A stretch of DNA of 54,717 nt from a virus. Shown one piece after another: positions 35,987 through 44,493 of this stretch. The position numbers were made by a program, and so were the translations under genes. The notes below the pieces were generated by a model, which was given only the letters and a program-made list of their open reading frames with translations, was not told the DNA's origin and did not search any database. How positions within the stretch are numbered: the first letter of the stretch is position 1; every line of letters begins with the position of its first letter. The stretch lies in IMG/VR virus record IMGVR_UViG_3300045988_073391, positions 1 through 54,717 of that record. One strand, given 5' to 3'.

Positions 35987-36715
35987 TTAATCTCCCAGCC
36001 TTATAGAGTAAACTATTCTATACAGGCGGATAACCCTCGTCTTGGCTATATTCTGCGTTTCAAAGGAGCTATTTTCATTGATTATCCTGCATTCGTAGTA
36101 ATCTCCCCTATCATATATTCTTCGCAGAAGAAAGCCAAAGTCGTTGGTGTCTATTATCATGGAAGCACCTTGTATGATGTCAGAGCCGCGCTCCGTATGG
36201 GCAAGTGCGAGTACGTCGCCCTCCTTATATAGCGGCTTCATTGCGTCTTGCCTTACCATATAATAGAAATCAAAATTATTATAAGGAGGAATGGCGGTCA
36301 TGCTGTCAAGCTGCATTGTATGGCCGTCAGTATTTAGAATCTTGTATACGTCAGTGTTAGGCTGCGAGGTCAGGTATTTAGGAACTATTGGTTTAGAGTG
36401 ACTGTCTGTGCTTTTTTGCGCTTGTGTGTCCGCTATAATTGTATTGTTTCCCGTGTTGTTGTTGCCTACAATATTGTTGTTGCCAGTAATGTTATGTGAT
36501 GGCGCATGGCGAAACATCTCGCCCTCGCCTGTCAGAACCCATGACATATTTAGGTCGGGAAAGGCGGATTGAATTTGCAACTGGCGAGCCTTAGTTATAG
36601 ATAACGATTTACCAACAAACCCATTAGGGAGGTCTGCTTCTATCTCAAACTGTCTTATAGACTTAAATCCTTTCTTTTTAGCAAATAGCGAAAGTCTTTC
36701 ACCTATTGGTTTTAT
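35987..36715 (-). CDS. CI-like repressor (XRE HTH plus S24/LexA-like C-terminal domain) with a non-canonical start
   Basis: The frame is open to 36724. The HTH IGERLSLFAKKKGFKSIRQFEIEADLPNGFVGK lies upstream of the first canonical start (TTG 36578-36580). The only plausible initiator before it is ATA at 36713-36715. Confidence 0.6.
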   Translation of the reverse strand: MKPIGERLSLFAKKKGFKSIRQFEIEADLPNGFVGKSLSITKARQLQIQSAFPDLNMSWVLTGEGEMFRHAPSHNITGNNNIVGNNNTGNNTIIADTQAQKSTDSHSKPIVPKYLTSQPNTDVYKILNTDGHTMQLDSMTAIPPYNNFDFYYMVRQDAMKPLYKEGDVLALAHTERGSDIIQGASMIIDTNDFGFLLRRIYDRGDYYECRIINENSSFETQNIAKTRVIRLYRIVYSIRLGD

Positions 36716-36832
36716 AGTTGTATGTTATATTTATGTAATGCGTTGTTTACAAATACGTACATTACAGGTTAATAAATATTATTTTGGCGCATTTTCTTTA
36801 GCATATAGCTTTGTTTATGTAGCTATATGTTA

Positions 36833-36840
36833 TATCTTTG
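36833..36840 (+). promoter_or_regulatory. TAnnTTTG box of the early rightward operon
   Basis: TATCTTTG in the divergent region between the repressor and early genes. Confidence 0.5.
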
Positions 36841-36959
36841 CACTCGTAACGAAACAAGTAACGACAAATGTTTGCCACAAAGGTACAAACAAACTTGTTA
36901 TGTTGCAAGTGGTATTTGACTTATTGAACAAACAAAGAGAAGAGAACTCTATAAAACGA

Positions 36960-37030
36960 TGGCACATTAGGTAATGGCCGCAAGGTCAGGGCTTTGCAAT
37001 AGTGCTGGGGTTCGATGCCCCGTGTGCCAC
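36960..37030 (+). ncRNA. 71-nt degenerate tRNA-like element
   Basis: Acceptor TGGCACA pairs with TGTGCCA (7 bp). T arm is TGGGG/TTCGATG/CCCCG. The D and anticodon arms are not canonical. Confidence 0.4.
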
Positions 37031-37059
37031 TAATATTAACTAATAAAACCTTTAAGAAC

Positions 37060-37344
37060 ATGACAGACTTAGAAAATTACATTGTAGAGTGCATTATCAA
37101 AAGTGACGGTTATAATGACTGCTGCGACGGCTCTGTGTGGGTCGAATACGGCAGACTGACAATAGATTGCGACTACTCTATTGTTAGCGAGGGCTACTAC
37201 GATAATGATTACTACAACGGCACAGGCGCATTTGAAGAAACCTACTACAACTTCAGCATAGATGACTTAAAAGTCTATGACGAAGATGGCAAAGATGTAG
37301 TAGTGAATGTTGAAGCCATAGAGAAAGAACTAAACCAAAGATAA
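37060..37344 (+). CDS. Hypothetical acidic protein
   Basis: ATG at 37060 (MTDLENYIVE). The track start at 37015 lies inside the tRNA-like T arm. Confidence 0.5.
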   Translation: MTDLENYIVECIIKSDGYNDCCDGSVWVEYGRLTIDCDYSIVSEGYYDNDYYNGTGAFEETYYNFSIDDLKVYDEDGKDVVVNVEAIEKELNQR

Positions 37345-37347
37345 CCA

Positions 37348-37365
37348 GAGGGGCGAAAGCCCCTC
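37348..37365 (+). terminator. GAAA-tetraloop hairpin
   Basis: GAGGGGC, loop GAAA, GCCCCTC. No T-run. Confidence 0.35.
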
Positions 37366-37381
37366 ACAACACACTAAAAAC

Positions 37382-37690
37382 ATGAAAGAGACATTGAGAA
37401 AGATAATGAAGCTTGCTTGGCAGTTCGTCAAGAGAAATGGTTTTACATTGAGCGAAGCCCTAAAAGAAGCTTGGGCCAACATCAAGTTAGTAAACGCGAT
37501 GCACAATGGTATCGTTAAGTTCTACTTTACTAAGGTTGATGGCAGTAAACGCGAGGCATACGGCACACTGAGCAGCGAGGTGATTCCTCCTGTTGGTGGC
37601 GAGCGCAAGAATAATGACACCTGTCAAGTATACTTCGACACCGAGAAGCAGGCTTGGCGATGCTTCAAAAAAGCGAATTTGGCAATATAA
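37382..37690 (+). CDS. Hypothetical protein (possibly DUF2693/SH3-like)
   Basis: IVKFYFTKVDGSKREAYGTLS pattern. Assigned from memory only. Confidence 0.45.
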   Translation: MKETLRKIMKLAWQFVKRNGFTLSEALKEAWANIKLVNAMHNGIVKFYFTKVDGSKREAYGTLSSEVIPPVGGERKNNDTCQVYFDTEKQAWRCFKKANLAI

Positions 37691-37699
37691 ACAACATTA

Positions 37700-37724
37700 C
37701 CGGGCTATGTGAGAGGTAGCCCGG
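37700..37724 (+). terminator. 8-bp hairpin
   Basis: CCGGGCTA pairs with TAGCCCGG. Confidence 0.35.
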
Positions 37725-37740
37725 CTAAAACAACAAAAAT

Positions 37741-37965
37741 ATGAAATGGTTATGTTTTGCACTCATTGTCTTGCTTGATTTCCTTGCTTGCACAATGATG
37801 TGCGTGTCTACTGGGCACACCTGTTTTACGGTGTACGACATGATACCCCTGTGCGGCATCTCGCTATTTATTGCGACTGCAATCATTGCGGTGTGCGTAT
37901 ACAAGGCAAATATGTTTCCACAAAAGATACAGAAACTTATTAAATTTTCGATTGAAGATTGCTGA
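37741..37965 (+). CDS. Small Cys-rich two-TM protein
   Basis: 74-aa ORF; the stop is adjacent to the next ATG. Confidence 0.4.
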   Translation: MKWLCFALIVLLDFLACTMMCVSTGHTCFTVYDMIPLCGISLFIATAIIAVCVYKANMFPQKIQKLIKFSIEDC

Positions 37966-37966
37966 C

Positions 37967-38176
37967 ATGGACAAGAAACAAACAGACAAAGCAAAAAAAA
38001 TAATGCGCAAGGCTTACGAAGTCTACAATGAGATAGACGCTCTCGTAGGCCAGCTGCAAAGAGAAAAGGTAGACTATGAAGAAATAGAAGAGTTGATAAC
38101 TGCGCGCAACACATCATGCAATGTAGTTGACTCCCTCCAATACATAATAGAAACATTTGATGACAATGATAGGTAA
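37967..38176 (+). CDS. Hypothetical helical protein
   Basis: Internal ATG at 37967 (MDKKQTDKAKKIMRKAYEVYNEIDAL). Confidence 0.45.
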   Translation: MDKKQTDKAKKIMRKAYEVYNEIDALVGQLQREKVDYEEIEELITARNTSCNVVDSLQYIIETFDDNDR

Positions 38177-38251
38177 CATATACTGAGTTCTTTAAGGTTA
38201 TGGGCAATTACCCCAGTCGCGAGATTGCACGCCCTTTGTTTTTAGTGTGAC

Positions 38252-38271
38252 AGGCCGCTACTATGCGGCCT
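38252..38271 (+). other. 7-bp hairpin preceding the tRNA-like RNA
   Basis: AGGCCGC, loop tactat, GCGGCCT. Confidence 0.4.
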
Positions 38272-38276
38272 CACAA

Positions 38277-38423
38277 GCAGGTGATAGGCCGTTAATCGGA
38301 TAGACGGCAGAAGATAGTACATTGAACTCGCTACCATTATGATGCTGGATACCCCTTGGTAGCGCGTTCTTTTTTTGCGAAACGTTAGGGCATTAGCTGG
38401 TTCGACTCCAGCCACCTGCGCCA
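38277..38423 (+). ncRNA. 147-nt tRNA-like RNA with encoded CCA
   Basis: Acceptor GCAGGTG pairs with CACCTGC. T arm is GCTGG/TTCGACT/CCAGC, then G discriminator and CCA. A D-like arm GCCG/CGGC is present. About 85 nt replaces the anticodon arm. Confidence 0.5.
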
Positions 38424-38459
38424 AATAAAAGAAAGAGAAACAAAATAGAAAAATAAATC

Positions 38460-39050
38460 ATGGAAAAGAAAGAGGCAAAACCAATGACCTTTATTGAAAA
38501 GGTCGTATCTGTGCAACGAGATTTGAAAGCCCCCAAGGGACAATATAACAAGTTCGGCAAATACCGATACCGTTCTGCCGAGGATATTCTGAATTCTGTA
38601 AAACCTCTCCTTGCGAGCGTGGGCCTTGTGCTGACGCTCGAAGATGAAGTCTGCCTGATTGGCGCGCGATATTATATAAAGGCAACCGCAGTGCTGACAG
38701 ACGGCACACAAAACCTGGTAAAGAGTGCCTATGCGCGCGAGGACGAACAGCACAAGGGCAGCGATGGCGCGCAAATCACAGGCGCGGCAAGCTCATACGC
38801 ACGAAAGTACGCCCTTAACGGCCTGTTCTGCATAGACGATGCAAAGGACGCAGATGCAACAAATGACGGCACTGCACAAGCCAACAACAACCAACATGAG
38901 GAGCGCGTGCAGCTGGCAATACAAGAGGTTGACAATGCAAAGAGTAGAAAGTCACTCACGGACATTTGGAACAATTATTCTGACTTGCAGTCTGACGCAC
39001 GCTTCTCACAAGCAGTTGCAAATGCAAGTAAAAACTACCCCAAGCTATGA
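38460..39050 (+). CDS. erf: ERF-family single-strand annealing protein
   Basis: KFGKYRYRSAEDILNSVKPLLASVGLVL and QITGAASSYARKYALNGLFCIDD. Confidence 0.85.
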   Translation: MEKKEAKPMTFIEKVVSVQRDLKAPKGQYNKFGKYRYRSAEDILNSVKPLLASVGLVLTLEDEVCLIGARYYIKATAVLTDGTQNLVKSAYAREDEQHKGSDGAQITGAASSYARKYALNGLFCIDDAKDADATNDGTAQANNNQHEERVQLAIQEVDNAKSRKSLTDIWNNYSDLQSDARFSQAVANASKNYPKL

Positions 39051-39925
39051 TACTGAAATATTCAAGAGTTGACTACGACCCCGTTAGCCACACCTACACA
39101 CTGGACGGGAAACAATTAAGCGGCATTACTGGCGTAATCAAGGACAAGTTGTTCCCGTCCTATTACAAGGACGTTCCAGAGGACGTGTTGAACAAAGCCG
39201 CAGAACGCGGGCACCGCATACACACTGCAATAGAGCTATTTGACACGTGCGACATTCCAACCGAAGATTGCGATGAACTAAAAGGCTACATTGAAGAAAT
39301 CTTCTCACACGACTTTATTGGCCGACACATGGCAAGCGAATATGTGGTGAGCGATAATGAAAAGTATGCCAGTGCCATTGACAAGGTTTATGCCGACGGC
39401 ATGGGCGGCGTGATATTGGCAGACATCAAGACAACTTACAAACTTGACACGGATTATGTGTCGTGGCAGCTGTCTGTGTATGCCTATTTCTTCAGTATGC
39501 TCAACCCTGCCATTCCTGTAAGCGGTGCTTATGCCATCTGGCTAAGACGTGACAAACATAAGGTCGTGGAAGTTCCGCTGCGCCCTGTGGAAGATGTGCT
39601 CAAATTGTTATATGGCGACGAAGCACCAAAAAACGATTGTGGCTTCGGTGAGCTGTCTTTTACAGAGGATTACTTGCTTCAGTTAAAGAACGAAGCAGAA
39701 GAAGCCACAGCAAAGTACGAGCAAGCAAAGCAAGAGGCTCTTGCACTGCTCACGAAGAAAGGAATGAAGAATATACGCGGCTCGCACCTGATGATAACAC
39801 GAAGGGCTGACAGCGAGCGCAAAACATTCGACATCAAGAAGTTTAACACAGACCACCCAGAGCTATATGCGGAATATCTTAAAACCGCCATAACAAAAGG
39901 TGGCATAACAGTCAAGGCTATATGA
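39047..39925 (+). CDS. PD-(D/E)XK (Cas4/RecB-like) exonuclease
   Basis: RGHRIHTAIE, AIDKVY...ILADIKTT, WQLSVYAYFF. ATGA-coupled to erf. Confidence 0.7.
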   Translation: MILKYSRVDYDPVSHTYTLDGKQLSGITGVIKDKLFPSYYKDVPEDVLNKAAERGHRIHTAIELFDTCDIPTEDCDELKGYIEEIFSHDFIGRHMASEYVVSDNEKYASAIDKVYADGMGGVILADIKTTYKLDTDYVSWQLSVYAYFFSMLNPAIPVSGAYAIWLRRDKHKVVEVPLRPVEDVLKLLYGDEAPKNDCGFGELSFTEDYLLQLKNEAEEATAKYEQAKQEALALLTKKGMKNIRGSHLMITRRADSERKTFDIKKFNTDHPELYAEYLKTAITKGGITVKAI

Positions 39926-40176
39926 CACAGACATTTGTAAGCATTCCACTGGAGGATTGGCAACGCATGGTGTCAATACTTGAAAGAGTGGAAGAACGTC
40001 TGAAACCAGAAGACAAGTGGATAGGCACGAAAGAGGCTTGTGATATGCTTGGCATCACACCAAACACATGGATAAACTACCGAAAGAAATTCAAAGTGAA
40101 GTGTTCGCAGGTAGGGCGCAATGTGTTGGTGTTGAAGTCTGACGTTGAGCGACTGCTAAGGAAAAGAGAGCTATGA
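39922..40176 (+). CDS. Excisionase/MerR-type HTH protein
   Basis: WIGTKEACDMLGITPNTWINYRKK. Confidence 0.6.
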   Translation: MTQTFVSIPLEDWQRMVSILERVEERLKPEDKWIGTKEACDMLGITPNTWINYRKKFKVKCSQVGRNVLVLKSDVERLLRKREL

Positions 40177-40270
40177 ACGTATAAAAAACAGCACCTCGCC
40201 CAATCCCATAAGATTTTAGTTTGGCGACAATTTCTTTCGGGTGGGGTGCTTTCTTAATAAACCTACAATT

Positions 40271-40666
40271 ATGAACCAATGCTTTTTTATCGGCAACCTC
40301 GTTGCCAACGCCGCGCAGAAGAATGCTAACGGCAACAACTTTATAACATTCACCATCGCAGTAAACAGAAAGTATAAGGACAAGGAAACCGTACTGTTCG
40401 TGGAGTGCATTAAAAATGGTGATAACGCAAATCTCCTCCCATACTTGCAGAAGGGCAAAAAGGTGGCCGTCTGCGGCCGCGTGTCGTGCCATGCCTACAC
40501 CGACAACCAGGGCCAGCCGCGCGCATCTCTTGACTTATCTGTTTTCGAGCTTGAACTTGTAAGCAGTTCAAACACAACACAAGCACCGCAGCAAATGGCA
40601 GTCCAGGCACAAACGCCAAGCAATCCGTTCCCTACGAGCCAGCAAAGTGACGGACTCCCATTCTGA
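40271..40666 (+). CDS. ssb: Single-stranded DNA-binding protein
   Basis: MNQCFFIGNLVANA...VAVCGRVSCHAYTDNQG OB-fold pattern and acidic C-terminal tip DGLPF. Confidence 0.85.
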   Translation: MNQCFFIGNLVANAAQKNANGNNFITFTIAVNRKYKDKETVLFVECIKNGDNANLLPYLQKGKKVAVCGRVSCHAYTDNQGQPRASLDLSVFELELVSSSNTTQAPQQMAVQAQTPSNPFPTSQQSDGLPF

Positions 40667-41106
40667 TGAAGTACGATGTAAGCAACCCATTGCATAGGGA
40701 ACAGGCGAGGGAGCGACTTGAAGCATTGCTCGGCAAGGGGCATGGCATCATAGAATTGTCGGAGGTAAAACCGCAGCGCAGTATCAAGCAAAACAAGTAC
40801 CTGCACTTGCTGTTAGGATTTTTCGCTTCCGAATATGGTGAAACAATAGACTACGTAAAAGAGCAATACTTCAAGCTCGCTGCCAACCGTTCAATATTCG
40901 TGAGAGAACGAGATGACAAGTTGGCTGGCCGTGTTTCCTACCTGCGCTCCACACGCGACCTCGACAAAGGGGAAATGCAGATGGCAATAGAACGGTTTCG
41001 CAACTGGTCAAGCATTAACGCAGGCATTTACCTCCCATCGGCAGACGAGCACCGACTGCTTGAACTTGCAGAAATAGAAATAAGCAGAAACAAGAATTTC
41101 CTATGA
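40666..41106 (+). CDS. NinB-like recombination protein
   Basis: RSIKQNKYLHLLLG matches the RSxxQN motif of lambda NinB. Also RSTRDLDKGEMQMAIERF. Confidence 0.55.
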   Translation: MKYDVSNPLHREQARERLEALLGKGHGIIELSEVKPQRSIKQNKYLHLLLGFFASEYGETIDYVKEQYFKLAANRSIFVRERDDKLAGRVSYLRSTRDLDKGEMQMAIERFRNWSSINAGIYLPSADEHRLLELAEIEISRNKNFL

Positions 41107-41933
41107 ACGAGATACAAATTTTCAACAGCCCACAATTTGGCGAGATACGCACCGCAACTGACGACAACAACGAGCCTTTATTCTGTGCAGCTGATGTGTG
41201 CAAGGCCCTCGGATATGCAAAACCACAAAACGCTGTATCACAACACGTTGATGCACCCGATGCCCTGAAACGGGGCACCCCTACACAAGGTGGCATTCAG
41301 CAAATGACTTTCGTCAACGAGAGCGGACTTTATTCCCTCATCTTCGGCAGTAAGTTGGAGAGCGCGAAACAGTTCAAACGCTGGGTTACAAGCGAAGTCC
41401 TACCAGAAATCCGCAAAAACGGAGGATACATCAGAGGTAATGTGGACGAGACACCAGAAGAACTTATGGCACGAGCCTTGGCTGTTGCGAAGCAGACACT
41501 TGAAAGAGTGGAGCGCGAACGTCAACAACTCGCCAGCACCAACGAAAACCAACGCATACAATTAGGCATTCAGGACGCAGAGATTAGAAAAGCTGCTCCA
41601 AAGGTGGAATATTACGACAAGGTGATGCAGTCCAACTGCACCATGACAACCACTCAAATTGCCAACGGACTCGGAATGCCATGCCACAGACTGAACAAGT
41701 TGTTGCGAGATGCTGGCATTCAGTACAAGCAAAGCGGACAATGGTTGTTGCGCTCGCCATACACCGACTTCGGGCTGCACGCAGTACGCACACAAACCTA
41801 CACTCATGCCGATGGCTCAATAGGCACAAGCCAGTACACCGTATGGAACGAACGGGGTAAACGCTTCATTTCGGCACTTGTTGACAACAACTGGAACGTA
41901 AAACAAGCAATCAAAGTATTAAGCGATTTTTAG
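41103..41933 (+). CDS. Bro-N / KilAC-domain antirepressor
   Basis: IQIFNSPQFGEIRTATDDNNEPLFCAADVCKALGY...FKRWVTSEVLPEIRKNGGY, and the C-terminal KVEYYDKVMQSNCTMTTTQIA. Confidence 0.85.
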   Translation: MNEIQIFNSPQFGEIRTATDDNNEPLFCAADVCKALGYAKPQNAVSQHVDAPDALKRGTPTQGGIQQMTFVNESGLYSLIFGSKLESAKQFKRWVTSEVLPEIRKNGGYIRGNVDETPEELMARALAVAKQTLERVERERQQLASTNENQRIQLGIQDAEIRKAAPKVEYYDKVMQSNCTMTTTQIANGLGMPCHRLNKLLRDAGIQYKQSGQWLLRSPYTDFGLHAVRTQTYTHADGSIGTSQYTVWNERGKRFISALVDNNWNVKQAIKVLSDF

Positions 41934-41934
41934 T

Positions 41935-42174
41935 ATGAAATATATTGACAAAATATTTATTCTGTTCCGAGAGCGGAGAGCGCAAAGCAAGGCCAAGCAG
42001 TCCGAAATGCTGTGCGGCCAACTGTCAGAGCGCATTCAGGTAAAGGAGTTCCAAGGCCGTATGTACATAGCGGTCGATGGAGTGCCAATGATAGACACGG
42101 AGGACCTGCGGACTGGAGTTGTAGACGAACTTGCCGAAATACGCAACACCATCATAAAATACAAAATGCGTTGA
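41935..42174 (+). CDS. Hypothetical protein
   Basis: 79-aa ORF, tightly packed in the operon. Confidence 0.45.
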   Translation: MKYIDKIFILFRERRAQSKAKQSEMLCGQLSERIQVKEFQGRMYIAVDGVPMIDTEDLRTGVVDELAEIRNTIIKYKMR

Positions 42175-42175
42175 T

Positions 42176-42622
42176 ATGCCATACTACATCAAGAAAGAAA
42201 GTGCGAAAAAGAAACCACGCAAGAGCGGAACACGCACACTCATCAACAAACTTGACAAGATTTTCAGCCTCTACATAAGGTTGAGGGATAGCAAGCCATT
42301 TGGCTACAAGGCTTTCAAGTGCATATCATGCGGACGAATAAAGCCTTTCGCCAAGGCAGACTGCGGCCACTACTACTCACGCTCCAAAATGTCCACAAGG
42401 TACGACGAGGATAATTGTCATAGCGAATGCAATTTTTGCAACAGATTCAAATCAGACCATCTGGACGGTTACAGAGAGAACTTGATACGCAAGATAGGCC
42501 AAAGCAGATTCGACTTGTTGCGGTCACACTCCAACCAAGTTAAGAAGTGGTCAGAGTTCGAGTTGCAGCAACTAATCAAGTACTACTCGGCACTTGTTGA
42601 CAAAATGTTAGAAGAAAAATGA
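42176..42622 (+). CDS. NinG-like recombination/endonuclease protein
   Basis: LDKIFSLYIRLRD, KCISCGR, DCGHYYSRS, NCHSECNFCN. Confidence 0.65.
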   Translation: MPYYIKKESAKKKPRKSGTRTLINKLDKIFSLYIRLRDSKPFGYKAFKCISCGRIKPFAKADCGHYYSRSKMSTRYDEDNCHSECNFCNRFKSDHLDGYRENLIRKIGQSRFDLLRSHSNQVKKWSEFELQQLIKYYSALVDKMLEEK

Positions 42623-42828
42623 AACTATACCAGACACCGACAGAAAAGAAACGACAAAGGGAACATTCCAAGATATTCAGATTGTACTGCAAGCTGCAAG
42701 ACAGCACAGATTTGTCGAACAATCAGATATACAGCCACATTGCGTTTAAGCTTGGCTATTCGGTCAGCGGTGTGCGCAAAGTGGTCACACGCATCAAAAC
42801 CGAAAGACAATGTGCAATGGATGGATAA
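42619..42828 (+). CDS. Hypothetical protein
   Basis: ATGA coupling; 69 aa. Confidence 0.4.
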   Translation: MKLYQTPTEKKRQREHSKIFRLYCKLQDSTDLSNNQIYSHIAFKLGYSVSGVRKVVTRIKTERQCAMDG

Positions 42829-43655
42829 AGCTACACCGAAAAATTGTTGATTGGGAATGGTTCACTTGTTCTGCCACATTTCACCTGTTTATCTACCTGT
42901 TGTTAAAGGCAAGCAGAGAAGATAAACGGTGGAAAGGAATGGTTATAAAAAAGGGGCAGTTAGTCATATCAAGAGCTACGGCGTGCAAAGAAACTGGTCT
43001 AACAGCGCAACAATACCGCACCTCAATGGAAAGACTAAAATCAACCAACGAAATAACCAGCCAAACAACCAACAGATTTACACTCATAACTATCTGTAAA
43101 TACGAGAGTTACCAACTTACGGAAGATATAGAGCAACCAGCAAAACAACCAACGAAACAACCAGCAAACAACCAACGAGCAACCAACAAACAACCACATC
43201 TAAAGAATATAAGAAATAAAGAAAATAAGAATAACAAAGAATCTATACTCACTAACGTTCGTATAGATGAGAAAGCTACGGACGCTCCTGTCGTCGCTAC
43301 AACCACAACAGACGATATGGAACTTCGGAAAGAAAAATTTTATCAGTCTTTAGTGCCTTACGTCGCAAAGTATGGCAAGGACATGGTTCGGGCTTTCTAC
43401 GACTATTGGACGGAAAAAACGTATGGAGGACGAAAAATGCGGTTCGAGAAGCAACAAGCATTTGAAATCTCAAAACGTCTTGCCACATGGCAGAAACATG
43501 ATTTAAGCTATGCAAACAGAGATAACACAAGAATTGGTCAGTCGGGCAGCACTCGCGCAGAGCGAGATGCAGAGTTCCTTGCCCATGTCAGAGAAAAAAT
43601 GTCGCGCACTGACGAAGACGCAAGCGACATACCTTTTGCGCTACGCGACTGCTGA
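42810..43655 (+). CDS. Replication initiator / replisome organiser (winged-helix N-terminus)
   Basis: WIKLHRKIVDWEWF...GQLVISRATACKETGLTAQQYRTSMERLKS, with a low-complexity QPAKQPTKQPANNQ linker. Confidence 0.55.
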   Translation: MCNGWIKLHRKIVDWEWFTCSATFHLFIYLLLKASREDKRWKGMVIKKGQLVISRATACKETGLTAQQYRTSMERLKSTNEITSQTTNRFTLITICKYESYQLTEDIEQPAKQPTKQPANNQRATNKQPHLKNIRNKENKNNKESILTNVRIDEKATDAPVVATTTTDDMELRKEKFYQSLVPYVAKYGKDMVRAFYDYWTEKTYGGRKMRFEKQQAFEISKRLATWQKHDLSYANRDNTRIGQSGSTRAERDAEFLAHVREKMSRTDEDASDIPFALRDC

Positions 43656-44178
43656 AAACGTGATAGCATCATTTTCGCCAGACAAGCAAGTGAATTTTGC
43701 ACGCTATCCGCAGAAATGCCTCGTCGGGAACTGCCCCACACTGGTTGATGTCCGCTGCATCTGGGGTGGACGGTTCGCAGAGTTGTGGCTGGAGTGCCAG
43801 CTGAAAGACCTCTCAGAGTATGCAGGGGCAAAAGAGAAACCCGACACGCTGCAAATCGAGGAAACCGCAAGGGTCATAGCAGGCGAGTTCTACTACCTCA
43901 AACTTTCAGAGTTCATGTTGTTCTTCGCCCACTTCAAGGCTGGGCGGTATGGCAAGTTCTACGGCAGCGTCGACCCCCTCGTGATAACAGAAGCCTTGCA
44001 AAAGTTCAAACTATGGCGGTTCGATGCCCTGAACAGAGTGCATGAGGCGGCAGAACGGGAAAAGCGGAACGCGAAACCAGCAAACGACCCAGATTGCTGC
44101 ACATGGGCAGAATGGCAAGAACTGCGGTGGTTGTTCAACATGGGCTACGAACGCGGAAAGGACGGGAAAATCAAATGA
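43585..44178 (+). CDS. Hypothetical protein (start uncertain)
   Basis: ATG at 43585 overlaps the upstream gene by 71 nt. The composition looks conserved. Confidence 0.45.
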   Translation: MSEKKCRALTKTQATYLLRYATAENVIASFSPDKQVNFARYPQKCLVGNCPTLVDVRCIWGGRFAELWLECQLKDLSEYAGAKEKPDTLQIEETARVIAGEFYYLKLSEFMLFFAHFKAGRYGKFYGSVDPLVITEALQKFKLWRFDALNRVHEAAEREKRNAKPANDPDCCTWAEWQELRWLFNMGYERGKDGKIK

Positions 44179-44360
44179 GGAAAGTCTTGGTCTATTGGAC
44201 TTGCAACCGCATTGCAAAACGCAAAATCCAAAAACGTTTCAAACTCATTGAGCATACTTCTGTCAACGGAGAAACAGAATGCACGGTACATGACGCAGAT
44301 TGGGAGCTACTCAAAGAGACATCAAAACGCGGATTTTTCAAAATTCGGCACAAAACATAG
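44175..44360 (+). CDS. Hypothetical small protein
   Basis: ATGA coupling at 44175. Confidence 0.4.
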   Translation: MRKVLVYWTCNRIAKRKIQKRFKLIEHTSVNGETECTVHDADWELLKETSKRGFFKIRHKT

Positions 44361-44493
44361 AAGATGACATCGTTCCATACGTCAAAACAACCACGGAATG
44401 GTGGCTTATCTTCGTTCTGACGGCATTTTATACGTAAATCGTATAAGTTATCACACAAAGACAAAATAAAGCCTTAAACGCAAATTTTAGAAA

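Noticed and set aside
36738-36974. 78-aa plus-strand ORF in the repressor/early-gene divergent region.
   Set aside because: It spans the TATCTTTG promoter box and runs into the tRNA-like element. Its composition is odd and it has no coupling to neighbours. The region is more likely a regulatory leader.
36960-37030. Interpreting the 71-nt element as a functional tRNA-Leu (CAG) or as a quadruplet-decoding tRNA with an 8-nt anticodon loop.
   Set aside because: No 4-bp D stem and no 5-bp/7-nt anticodon arm can be drawn, and the 8-nt-loop reading is only one of several equally poor folds. It is kept only as a tRNA-like element or pseudo-tRNA.
37725-38774. Minus-strand ORFs 37725-38207, 38242-38424 and 38385-38774.
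   Set aside because: They are antisense to tightly packed plus-strand genes, the tRNA-like RNA and erf. They are Cys/Leu/Phe-rich shadow frames.
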